Positions 19,492 to 32,172 of a stretch of 64,000 nt of DNA are shown one piece after another. Source of the stretch: Adineta vaga. Taxonomy: Eukaryota; Animalia; Rotifera. A program made the position numbers and the translations under genes. The stretch spans positions 11,036,001 to 11,100,000 of the forward strand of contig CP075494.1 of the NCBI GenBank assembly GCA_021613535.1. Direction: 5' to 3'. The notes under the pieces are model-generated. The model was not told where the DNA came from. It did not search any database and was given only the letters and a program-made list of their open reading frames with translations. Positions within the stretch are counted from its first letter, which is position 1. The number at the start of each line of letters is the position of its first letter.

Positions 19492-20914
19492 CTAGAGAGT
19501 AACGAGAAAATAAGGTATGAAATACACGTAATAGATGTCTCCGACGTCATCATTACATGACATCTATTTATTCTATCGTTTGATTAAATCGAACTAGCGA
19601 TGCGTTGTAAACAATAAAGAATAAAAAGTTTATGTATGAAAACGAAAACTCTGTAATTACTTTTGTCATATTATGAAAGAAAAAAATGTGCATATATGTT
19701 TGTTTGCGCATAATTTCCAAGTATACGTGCATATGTTTCTGCTGAAAAGGCAAATCAAAAGAGGAGAGAAAAAAAATGAGCAGAAAGACGTAGAAAAAGA
19801 GAAGAAAAACGGGTAAAATCTTTTCCTCTTTTTTTTGCTTTTTCTTCTTTTCAATATGGTTTAACAAAGAACAGTTCTCGAAAAAAGAAATATTCTCTTG
19901 TCGTTCTTTTGACACATATAGACACAGGAAAAACACCTAAGGATAGATTTAACAAGATTAAATATCATCGAGAAAACGACTCGAATCGTAAAGATACACC
20001 TACGTTCATCTGTAATCATATATCAATACGTTTTTGCTTTTCTTGAGCTTCAATCCAACTAATAATGTTATTTAAAATAAACAAAAAAAACTTGTCATTG
20101 TCCTCGTCTACAATCATTTGACAAGAGGAGTATATGTTGCTTAGCAAGTGATGAAACTTCAAATCACTCTCTTCTATTCAAAAACAGAAGTTCTTTTTAG
20201 ACAGATTAAAAAAATATCCGAACTAAAATATTAATGTTTATCCACGCAGAAGAAAGTTACAAATATTTTTTTGTTTAAAGATAAACAAACTGTACTTACT
20301 GCTTTTCTCGCATGATATCATTTATATAAAGCAATCGAGATATTGTCTTCAAACAAAAAAGTCATAGGTTAAAAAAGAAAACATTGTACTCATTGGCTAT
20401 GTCGGTCGAGAAATATAAAGTAATCACTATATTTCTAATTAACTGTGAAACTTTTCACCAACTTCTTGCGTAAATTGTGATAAGAAAACTAAATTTTTCC
20501 TAAGAGCTTCTAGTTTTTTTGTGACTTTTGAGTTGATTAAATAATGAACTTGGAGAACATCTAGATCACTTGAAAAAAATGAAAAATCTTATGGTCGAGT
20601 TCTCTTCTCCTTCTTCTACTACGATAGAATTGAATAAAAATGAAAAGGATATTTCTCGCGGTAAAAAACATTTTCGAAGGTCGATTTATCTGATTTGGCA
20701 TTTATGTATTTCTAATCTTCAACAAATGAATACATCGAACGCAAGAAGTATAAGATCATCAAGTTTGTTTGTAATGCACTGAGAGTACTAGAAAAAGAAA
20801 ATAAGGTCAATATATTTTTTTCGTCGATATTTTTTTGCTTTTTCTCTTTTTCTTTTCCTGTTACATCTCCGACTGTTTGTTGTGTTCGTTTATTCTCTTT
20901 TTCTGCGTTTTTCT

Positions 20915-20940
20915 CTTCTTCTTCTTCTTCTTCTTCTTCT
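20915..20940. repeat. (CTT)n microsatellite upstream of the SIK coding region
   Basis: About 8 CTT units read directly; explains the spurious poly-E and poly-F ORFs at 20712-21020. Confidence 0.8.
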
Positions 20941-22066
20941 GCTTCAATGTATGCACGCAAACACGCATACACACACAGACGAACCAAAGCACCATATTTT
21001 TCAACGACACAAAGGAATGATGTTGATGATGAAAAGCTTAACAGAGAATAGACAATAAGATGCGACTAAGCAAGGAAAGAGAGAAACGGGGGTGTTGACA
21101 CGCGCAATTATTTTAAAAGAACTTCTCGAAAACAATCAGGAAAAAACAACATGAACGAAGATGGCACTAACATCATTGCTTTTATCAAATTAAAAACAAA
21201 TTTTCTTGACGATAGACATTTAGATTAGAAGATTTAAATGTCATTTAGTTGCCCGATGAATAATAAACAGTCATTCAATGAAAAAACAAAGAATTAATTA
21301 GTTATTCCATCATTGAAATTTTCTATTTCATGAACAACAACTCGATTCAATTTGTAATAAACATGACATCAAACGGGGTCGCATTCTTTTTTTTAATTAT
21401 ATAAATTCTGATAGGGTTTATTTGATGTTATTAAAATACATGAATTTCAACAAAAGATCTTATCCGATTAAATCTGATTCTGTTTGACCTAATAGTTAAT
21501 TAATTTTTCTCGAGAAAAATCAATGTTAGTATAAGAAAAACAATCACTGAGGATTTAACATATTTCATTCATACATTTATCAAATGTTATTCTATGATAT
21601 ACTCGATGATAAATATTCTGTTGTTATTTTATATCAATAGTAAATAATGTCTGTTCACTGCATAAACTCTCCAGCTTTCTTGAGTTTGATAAATCTCGGG
21701 AGATGTAATTTCAAACCATCACGTGGCTCACATGTGATCAAGTCAAAATTCTCTTTATAGTACTCTTCACTCTGGATCTCCTAAGTGTTCTATTTCTTTC
21801 TGCATGTATATGGTTATTAAGACTTGAATGTGTGCTTCTTCTCTCGATATTTCGAGCTATCTCATATGGTATTGATATATTTGAAATGAGATTCTGAATA
21901 ATTTATACTTTGATTTGAATATATAATACGTTGTTCTCTTGTATTTCAATCGAGTGATGTGTTTTCGTTATTCATTAAAGAGAATACAAGAACAATTGCG
22001 TTTAGTTTTTAATCTGACAACAAGAAGAAGGAACGAGAAAAGAATTTTATCGCAGTTTTGTTTTTT

Positions 22067-25000
22067 CTAAGGTGATATTTGATATTCTTGAAATGGTTGA
22101 ATACGATATTGAACAAGTGATTCAAGAAACCTAGGTAAAAAGAACAAAACAAAAAGCAAGTAGAAGAAATGAAATCTCTTTCTTTTCGTTCATATTTACC
22201 ATTCAGGAGTAAGAAAATGAATACCAGAATTGATACATTTTTCATACATTTCACGTCGATTAATAAGATATTCCTTTTCGCAAAGAACAATACGTGTAAT
22301 ACCTGGTTGTAAACGAGAAAAGTGAGAATCGGTTGTATGTTTAGCACCAGATAATTGAACTAATTCAATTAATTCTTCATTATTCATCATTTCTTGACAT
22401 CCATTACATTTTAACATGATAGAAAAATGTTCTAATAAAAGGTTTTTCGGTAGATTATTTGGTAAAATACTTTGTCGACTTCGTTGCATACCTATAAAAA
22501 GCAAAGTTTCATTCAAACAAAATCAAACTTTATCATCAATTACAAACCATTATGATCAGATGAAAGTGTTAAATCACCTTGAATTTCAAATGATTTCTCA
22601 TTGATAAGTCGATTGGCTTCTAGACAAGCTTCAATCCATCGATATGTAACAATATACATATGACGAGCAACAGATTGAATAACTTTCTTCGATAATGGAC
22701 AAACAAGTGTTTCACCTTCTTCTTCGTCGGTTATTAAATGTGTCGTTGTTTCATCGACAACATTACATAATTCAATTTGAAATTTTGAACAAAAATCCTT
22801 GACACGTGCCTAAAGGTAAATGAGATAATACATACTACAACATCTTATTGACCTCAATTTGAAAATGCCTGTAACAAAGTTGTTCATTAAAAACTAAGTA
22901 CTTTCATTTCAGGATTATTTTGCCTTTCCGCTCATGATAATCGTTCTAGAGACATGACATTTGTTTTGTGACATATTTCTGTCAATAACATATGCACGTC
23001 ATAGACTTTTTTTAATTATAGTATCATTTTATCTTTTCTTACCATTTGATCATCATCTAAACAAGTTGTTGTAATAATAGTTTCTCTTTCTTTGTCGTCG
23101 TCGTCATCATCATCTTCAGTTTTAATACCATTCAATGAATATTCATAATTACTAGTTCGTTTTAGATTGTTGCTTGTTGTGACATGTGGTGATGGAGTAA
23201 TAATTCGTACCGTTCGATCTGATATCAATTCAGAATCAGTCATAACAGAGATTTTTGTTGATGTTAGAGTCGTTTGATCAGCTGTCGATGGATTACATTG
23301 TACACCAATTGAACGACAACTAACACCATTAAATAAAGGTATAGATCGATTTCCTAAAATTTCATTGAATATTATTATAAATTTCAATAGAATGTCTTAC
23401 CTTTTCGATTATCATATGATAAATGTTCATCACCTTCATCTTCTTCATCATCATTATCATCTGCAGTATCAAATGAATGTCGTAATTTTGCTTGTCGACG
23501 CCGAAGAATAGCTCGTGCGTTATTAAACCATGTTGTTACTTGATCATACGTAATTGATGATTGTTTAGCTAACTGTATCTTTTCATGATTACTTGGATAT
23601 GGATGTGTACGATGTTCTCGAAGCCATTTTTTTAAATAAGCTTAAGTTAAAATAAAAAAGTAAAAACTATAATGTCATGATAGAAATGTTCATACTTGTA
23701 GGAAATTTTTCTCGACTAGCTGAAAGTGCATTGATTAATGTATGATCAATATGTGTACCAAAAGTATCTTCTTCAACTGCTGAGGACTGTTCTTGTTTAA
23801 TATGTATATCTTCATCTAAAGAAAAAAGAATGTCCATTTGAAAGAAGAAGAAGAAGAAAATAAACGAACCTGAAATACTATAACTGTTAGATATATTATC
23901 GGTTTGTAATTCTTCTTGTTGATTATAATCATAATCCATAGATTCATCTTTAACATTCGAAACAAGATCTTTATCAAAATTGATATTGTGAACGTCTAAA
24001 AAGGAAATCAAAGAAATTTTCGACAATATTGAAAAGCTTTCGCTTAAAAAAAAAACTTGAAATATAGGAAAATAATTGTATATAATCAATTACCTGGTGT
24101 TTCATCGAGCGATGAACTACTATTAGCTCTTGCCGTCAACATTGTGCCTGTACTGATCATATTTGTTGCCATTGTAGGTGCTGTATTAGGTTTTCCATTA
24201 AGTTTAATAAAATGTTTTCGACACAATTCATTTCGTTGTGCAGCAATGAAACATCCTGGCAAAGAACAAATTGTTCGCCATACAACTCCATCAAATTTTT
24301 TTCTTGAACCATTTTCCATTTCAATAATGTCACCTTTATTTGGATGTTCAATATTGACCGATGGGGGAATAACGGCAATCGATAGACGACGATTAGGTTT
24401 TGGTACAAAACTTTTACTGATTATATCAAATGTTGGCACTTGAGATAAATTACCGGATAATGGAGAACTTGGTCGATGACGTTTACGTGATGATGAAGAA
24501 ATCACAGGTTGTTTTTGTGGAATCGATGGTGAAATAAATAATTCTTGTTCATCTTGAGGTAATGATTGAGTTATAGTATTGAAACGATGTTCATTATAAT
24601 GATGAGGACATAAACTAAAGTTATATTGATATTCATTGAAAGAAATCAAGTTATAAACAAAAATACACACCCATTCTGATATTCAAGACTACCATGTACA
24701 ACAACAGTACAAGAAGGTTTAGCACAAATACGTCGATATTGTCGTCCATCATATTTCTTTCGAACGCCATTTGGTAAAGCAATAATATCACCTTTTGTTG
24801 GCTCTTTTTGTTCAGATAAAACTGAATCAATCACGGGTAATTCATTGTCACTTTTGGAGAGTTTACGCTTTTTCGATGCAGCTAAATGTGGTTTACATAA
24901 ACCTTGACTCTGAGTATAATACGTACAATTCGGCTTTGAACACATTCGACGCCATGATGAACCATTATATTTTTTTCTTGTACCATCACTTAAATGTATA

Positions 25001-25230
25001 ATATCACCTGTATTTGCTGTTGTTGGTAAAGACATTTCTTCTCGATAGATTCGATTATCAAATGAAATACTTTTATGTGGTTTTAATGAACGAATGCGAT
25101 TAGAATTATTGATATTATTACGAGGAGATGCATTATTATTCGTATAAGATGCAGATGTTAAAGGTAAAATACGTTCAGATAAAGAAAGAAGATCATCATC
25201 TTCATTAACATTCATTTCTTGATTCATCAT
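22067..25230 (-). CDS. Multidomain protein: 3x Capicua-L-like Cys3His repeat + TALE homeodomain + tandem BRCT; exons 25230-24671, 24614-24094, 23995-23870, 23815-23696, 23640-23401, 23353-23043, 22809-22548, 22491-22200, 22130-22067
   Basis: All eight GT-AG junctions checked by hand keep the frame. Repeats GDII....G.RKK(Y/F).G..(W/Y)R..C....C...LC..H; homeodomain YLKKWLREHRTHPYPSNHEKIQLA..ITYDQVTTWFNNAR; BRCT pair with TTHLI, YRWIEAC, EIQGD..HNG and PEWFLESL. Confidence 0.85.
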
Positions 25231-27792
25231 AAATAAGTTTAAATAGAAATTTGTATCGAATGCATACGATACCCTTCAAACATTTGTTGACAAACAAGTA
25301 AGTAACTCGTCCTATCTGCCAGATCAAACGGTCAAACTTATCAACCAATTGAACTTAATCATGCGGTTTTTCATTTTGACGACAACGACATTGAGCGACC
25401 TCTATCGACACTATGTCAGTATCGAATCATTTCATATATTTCAAAAGTTCACATTCGAATTAAGCCCTCATCGGAAGCTTTTGTGCAAATAGAACAAAGA
25501 AAACCTTTTTAATATTAGTCTATGAGATACTATGATCAAATGCATTCTTGAGGAGAGACAACAATAATGATTTGTTTTCATACTTTCTAAACTTTATATA
25601 TGCATCCATAAAGAAATCAAGTGTTTTATACTAGAGAGAATTTTTTTCCTGTCAATTATAACCTTTTGAATAGCAGTAGAAATATGACAACTAGAATAAT
25701 AAACTTCTTACATAGAAGTAAATATTTGACGAATATGAATCAGTATAGATTATTATAAGATTAAAAACGATGTTAAATGACGCGTTTTTCTTTTGATAAG
25801 TGGCATATAGTTGACGTATATAAATGAGGTGATTATCTGACGAAGTTTTATATAAATATATGTATATCGTATGAAGTTGTTATTTGCTTTACTCATTTCG
25901 AAAATAAGAGTTTTCAATCTCTCATAATCATCAAAGGTCATATTGAGCTCTTTTCAGTTCGAACCGAGTTATTTAAAACGTATGAATCATGCCATTTGAC
26001 TTTCTCGTTGCCATTTATTGTTTAATATTGGTATTATTTTCTTTCTTAATTAAATATATTGTAATCATTTCCAACAATTCTTATATTATTAGACTAAAGC
26101 CACATTTGAAAGAGAGAATATCTGTTTTATTCTGATCACGTATCGAATATATATATATTTGGATGAAATGAATTAATCTTGATAACAAATAAATAAATAA
26201 TATGTTCGTTTCTATTCAATTAGATTCGATCTTTCATTTTTCTTCGTAGCAAAAAAAAGTCACATATGCGCTTCTCCCTCGATCTTTCCATGACTTTCTT
26301 TCCGCTATCTATAGATAAAAAAAGAAAATGCTTATATCATTCACACATGTTTGAAGATTAATCATCTATTGATAGATTTTTATTCATCCTTACGTCGTTT
26401 CGGAAGCACATTATATTCATTCACTATATAATGTATGTTTATTTATCTAAGAGGATCTTATTGAAATTCTGATATGATTTGTCTTAGAAAAGAAAAACAA
26501 CTTAAATAATAATCGATTTTTGTTATTCATCAAGCGCGTGTTATAGATTTTAAAGTCTATTAATACGAAAAACGATAAACGATATCGTTATTGTTAATTG
26601 TCAATTAAATCCAATGTCTATATTTATCTACTCGTACAAAGTTTCTTTTTGTTGTTATTGTTATTAAAACTAAGCTTGATAATGAAAAAAGTGAAATTAT
26701 ATCTTTTGTCTGACAGAAATCTGAGATCATGTATTAGAATTGTTACGTTATAGCTTATTTTTCGAAATGATCTAAAATTTAATAACAATAGAGAAAAAAG
26801 AAAATTCTAAAAGAATGAATAAATTTATATGAGATACTATTGAATCAGAATAAAAATCGATAAGATTCGCTTTTTATTCTACAGACGAGAGAGAAATATT
26901 TGATAGGAATGTTTTTATGTTTGATTATTGATTTCATGTGATATTAATCGCATGAATAGGACTTGATCGCGACCTCGAATCTGTAAATAAACAATAATAA
27001 TTATAGTTTAGTCGAAGTATAAAAAGATGTATATTATTGTATTTTTTTGTCCCTGAATTTCTTCATCTTGGCAACGTTTGACATTTGATCGACGACAATG
27101 TATATATACATATATATAGAACTAGCAACAGTATTTGTTCTCCTTAGGTTTTTTTGTTTCTCTTCTGCTCTTAATAAATCTTTCTTTTTTCTTCTTCTTC
27201 TTCGCTGTTCTTTTATGTTGAATTTCTGTTCGTTCTGATAATGGAGAAAAGTCGAACAATTCTATGCAGTACGAGTGTATACATAGCGAAGAAGATCTTG
27301 TAATCGCATGGAGAGAAAAAATCGGAAGAGAGACATGCGGTTGTATTCTTTGCCGACTAATAAATAGTACCGGCTGTTGTGTTCGTTCCTACAAAATTCT
27401 TTTTTCTTCATTTTTTTTTTACATATTTGCATTTAGCACGTCAATGTTTCTCTAGTTGAGTACATCCTTTCTATTCCATCATTCACAAAAAATTGATGAT
27501 TTGTTTCTTTTCAATCACATTCGATACTGACATCTACCTACAGAAGAATCCTTATTAAATTAGATCGCACAAAAATTCAAGTAATGAACAGTTAAGTGAA
27601 TTGTTGAGTAGCAGTTTTTGCAAAATAAAATGACAAGAATTTCAATGAATGTTTATTCATTGATCGATTGATTGATTGATTGATCTCTAAGAATTGAAAT
27701 CAATGATTCATCATGACTTTTTTTTTGTTTATCTATCTATTTGTGATGTCTGTTTTCTTTTTTTCTTCTTCTATAGAATAGAATGTAATGTA

Positions 27793-30281
27793 ATGTTATC
27801 TTCATTTGCAACTGCATCATCTTCTTCATCTTCCTCTCCGTACGAAACTCCAACATCTTGGTGGAAAATTAATTTCATAAGTGGTTCATGTGCAGCTGCA
27901 GCTACAACTCTTCTTCCATCATCTCCTTCTTTAACGCAAGATTCATTAACGTTTACGACGAATACCGATCATTATCATCAATGTGAGTAACTGAAAGAAA
28001 GAAAAAAGAAAAATTGGTAATCATAACTCAGTATGTAGAATGATGACAACGTATTTTTCTATACATATATCGTTGCTGTACAACACAATCACGCATTTCG
28101 TGCGAAGAAGTATTTATTGTACGACAGAAAGCAAAAAGAAGAACGAGAGAAAAAAACGAAGAAGAAAAAGAAAAGAAAAAAAGAATTGATTTCATCTCTC
28201 GAATACTCATTTCATAAGAATATATGACGAAGACGAATGAATAAAATGTCTCTTACTATTTTTTATTTGCATTGATTTATTCAACTTCATTTATTTTGAG
28301 ATATATTTTACCTTGCTTACTCATTTATATTCAATGATTAGCAACGGAGGTATACTTCTAATTAAAAGACAAACAACTGTTTTTGATGATAATAAACATA
28401 TTTTCTTCTTCTTCTTTTTCGAATAGCTCATACAAATGGTTTTGTCCATAATGAAAATGACGAATCATTACGAGTACTTATTTTTGCTGAAAGTTTTCCT
28501 TCATTTACAAGTGGTATAACACGTCGATTTAAAGAAATTATTCGACGTTTAGCAAAACGAAATCATTACATTCATGTAATTACTGGTTGTACAGTAAGTT
28601 AAAGAAAAATTCAAAGCATTCTTAAATGTTTTATTTGCATATCTTTAACTTGAATAAACCTTGTTTTATTTTGTTTCTATTTAGAATGCCTTAACATGGG
28701 TTGAAGGAAACGATATACTTAAAAAATATGTTACATTTTCAGTTTTACCATCAACAGAATTTACAAATAAAATCGATTGTGCTTGTCCATTTCTTTTTCC
28801 TAATGTACGTATTTATACGAACGAATATTTGTGCATTCATGCGTTGAAACTGCCGTATTGTGGTTTTATACGAATGATCGAAAGCAAAGTAGATAAATTT
28901 AGTAAAAGCAAGGTCAATCTTTCCCCCCGCTTTTTTTTGGATACAGTACATAAAACTAAAGTACGATGGAAAAAGAAAAGAAAAGATAAACATCTTAACA
29001 TTCAATGAGTAGAGAATGTGTTGAGAAGAAAAAGAATGAATAATATTTATTTTCAAGATAAAAATATTTGAAGAGAGAAAACAATCGATTGTTTTACTTT
29101 AGCCAACTGTGTATTCAGCCGTTCGTCGATTTGCGCCTGATGTTGTTCATATTGTTGAACAAACTCCAGCAGCAATGTTATGTGGTGCCATTGTGAAATC
29201 TTTGAATATCCCAATTGTTTGGTCATCACATACTAATATTGATTTTTATCTCTCGACATACATTCGGTCCTATGCAGTTGCTATGACTCGACGTTTATAT
29301 CAATTGATTCGTTTGAAACATTTAATTTATTCCTCAGTGAATTTAACAGTTAGTAAAGATTTTGCTGATTTTATGGAACATACAGGGGTACAAAAACCAG
29401 TTATTGTATGGAAAACGGGTGTTGATTCCGAATTATTTAATCCGATTCGACGTTCACGTTCAATGCGTTATCGAATGTTTGGAACATATAATAATTTTAG
29501 TGAAGAAGAAATGGATTCAATAACATTATTTCTTTGTGTTGGTCGAATATCTCCGGAGAAGAATTTCGAATTTTTATCACTTGTATTAGATCGTATTCCG
29601 GAGCAAACATTTCTTTGTATTATTGGTGATGGTCCATATCGACAGGCACTTGAACCAATTTTTCCGAAAGATCGTGTCAACTTTTTTGGTTATCTGGGAG
29701 GTGAAGAATTAGCAAGTGCCTATGCAAGTGCTGATTATTTTCTTTATGCATCCGTGAGTGAAACATTTGGACAAGTTTATTTGGAAGCAATGGCGAGTGG
29801 TACACCAGTTATTGCTGCTGAAGGTGGACAATTAAAGGAATTTTTTGTTAATGGTGAACATGGATATTTATGGACGCCAGATAGTTTAGAATCAGCTGAA
29901 GAAGCTGTACGTGATGCCATGAAAGATAGAAAATATCTTTCGATAAAAGCTCGACAACAAGCATTAAAACATTCATGGGATTCAGCTAGCGAACAATTAA
30001 ATGATATTTATTATGATGCAGTTCGACGAAGTCGTCAGAAAGATGAGAAGAAAACAATGAATATCTTTACTATTGGAGTACGATTATTTTATTATGGACT
30101 CAATTGGTTAATATTAATGACACTTGCATTACTTTTCATGGCACCATTTGTAAAAGTTTCATCACCAAAACCAAGTGCTACACAAAGGAATGATCGAAAT
30201 AATAATCCATGTTATCAAAATCAACATAATTCAGTAGTGACAAAAGAATTCTCTTCTTCTTGTTCTTCTTCTTCTTCTTGA
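27793..30281 (+). CDS. GT4 (GT-B) glycosyltransferase, SQD2/sulfoquinovosyltransferase-like; exons 27793-27982, 28427-28593, 28685-28804, 29103-30281
   Basis: LRVLIFAESFPSFTSGITRRF; WSSHTN; VWKTGVDSELFNPIRRSRSMR; VGRISPEKN; IGDGPYR; GEELASAYASAD; SETFGQVYLEAMASGTPV (E-x7-E); C-terminal hydrophobic helix. Confidence 0.85.
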
Positions 30282-32172
30282 TAATGACAAATAATTTTAT
30301 TTGTTTTTTCTTCCTTCTCGTTCGGTTGTCACTAGTTCTCAGGCTTACAATAACATTCATAGATTGATATATTCTACTTATCATTTTTCTCTTTTATCGT
30401 CTTCTATTTTCTGCATATAACAGTAAGACTTGGTTCATGATCACTTTGTCTTATTCTTCTCCTTCTCTTGTGATGCATCGTTTGTATAGAGAAAGAAACT
30501 TTCCAATACATTTGACGTATTTGACCTGGTTTTTTACTCATTTGACGATCTTCTAACTGTTTAGTTTCTATAATCTTCAACGTCCGTTGTCTTACGCATA
30601 TCTAATAGGATAAAGAATCGAACTGTTTTATCGATGATGTGCAAACAGGTTTATCTTCGTTTTCTTCTTTTTGTTAACCTTGCTATTATTCTATACTTTG
30701 TGTTTTTTTTTGTTTATTAACAAAAAAACAGTTCAATAGAATTTATTTCATATAAAAGAAAAATAAACTCATTTGAATTTTATCTGAATATAGATCAAAC
30801 GTCATGTATGTCTCATACGTACGTTACTTGTATTGACGGCAATTTTTCTGAGTTTCTCAATCGATATATCTACAGGATAGATCAAGTTACTCTACATATT
30901 AGATGAAACTCTTTAGTTTATTTCAATAATCTAAGATTTTACCAATTTGTATTTAAGAATACACAATCAAGCAAAACTGAATCCGATCGATGCTTTTTAG
31001 AAAATGAGACGATTTCTAGCGGCACGAAAAGTAAAATTAAAAACAATTGAACGGAATATAACAAAGCATATGACCAGTCCAATCTATTTTGTCAATTCGT
31101 TTATTCACACACCAATCATGCAAAAACAAATTGATTTCTAGTTATCATCGTGAAAATTTACACATATTGAATTATCGCCATCATGAAATATCTTAATAAC
31201 GTCAAAATGATTCAGATCGTTCAAAAACTCCTGATTATTCTATCACTCTAAAAATTATTACAATATATGAACTGTCTTTTGTATTGATCATCGAATACAA
31301 TTTTAATTTTTGTTCAAATGATAGAATTCTTAATGACACTAGGTTATCTAAAAGTTGCAAAACCTGATATTGCTCTGATGCGTGACATTTCTGCAATTGT
31401 CGATCTGATCCATTGAGATATTGATATTTTAGATCGCAAAATAGATGATAATTAATAATTCCACGTAGAAGTTCTTTGTTATGCTTTAATCATTTGATAT
31501 GTGTTATCGATTAACATGTTTTTGTTCTTTAAATTAGTATAAAGGTATGAACACATAGTTGCTCTTTGAACGCAATTCATATTCTGTCGATCGATCAACC
31601 AATCAAGCAATTGGTATGAATTATTTAACATCCAACTGAGATAAAACGAATCGTGTGATTCTTCCTAATGATAAGAAGATCTGTAATTCCATCAAACTAA
31701 AATCATACTCCTAATGTTTTTCCGATCAACATGACAAGTAAACAACGAATAAACCATTTCAAAGCAGATGGTCACTTCTTCATCCTTCAATAATCTGTCA
31801 CAATTTAACCTGCTGTTTTCTTACACCAATTTTTCTAACAAGCATCTGTATCATTACATTGATCTCTAAATAAATATATGCCCAAAGGTATATCCAGCTC
31901 ATTAAAGAAAAGGAAAGTAAATACATATGTATCAATGTCTACTTCTTCCCTCTAGCATTGAGTACCTAGCCGGATTTTTGCTTGATTACTTTTCAAAAGT
32001 AGTCTGTGAATGAAAAAATGCTTTCTTATGCTTGATCAAGCAGAGACAAATCATCTTTTTTGTACATAAGTATGAACATACATATAAATAGAGAAGAAAA
32101 AAAAATCGAATGGAACTGTTACTCGGTCCAAGAAATACATCTGACAAATAAATAGAACAAGAAAAGAATTTT

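Noticed and set aside
19568-21020. ORFs rich in F, K and E upstream of SIK
   Set aside because: Products of poly-A/T tracts and the CTT microsatellite; no motifs; probably UTR or regulatory DNA
21640-21900. Coding-like sequence that might be a pseudogene or transposon relic
   Set aside because: Only short stop-interrupted frames with no recognisable motif or terminal repeats
24057-24443. 128-aa plus-strand ORF with a hydrophobic stretch
   Set aside because: Antisense shadow of exon 2 of the homeodomain-BRCT gene
30900-31950. Possible decayed gene between the GT4 gene and Wnt
   Set aside because: No ORF of 60 aa or more and no family match by eye
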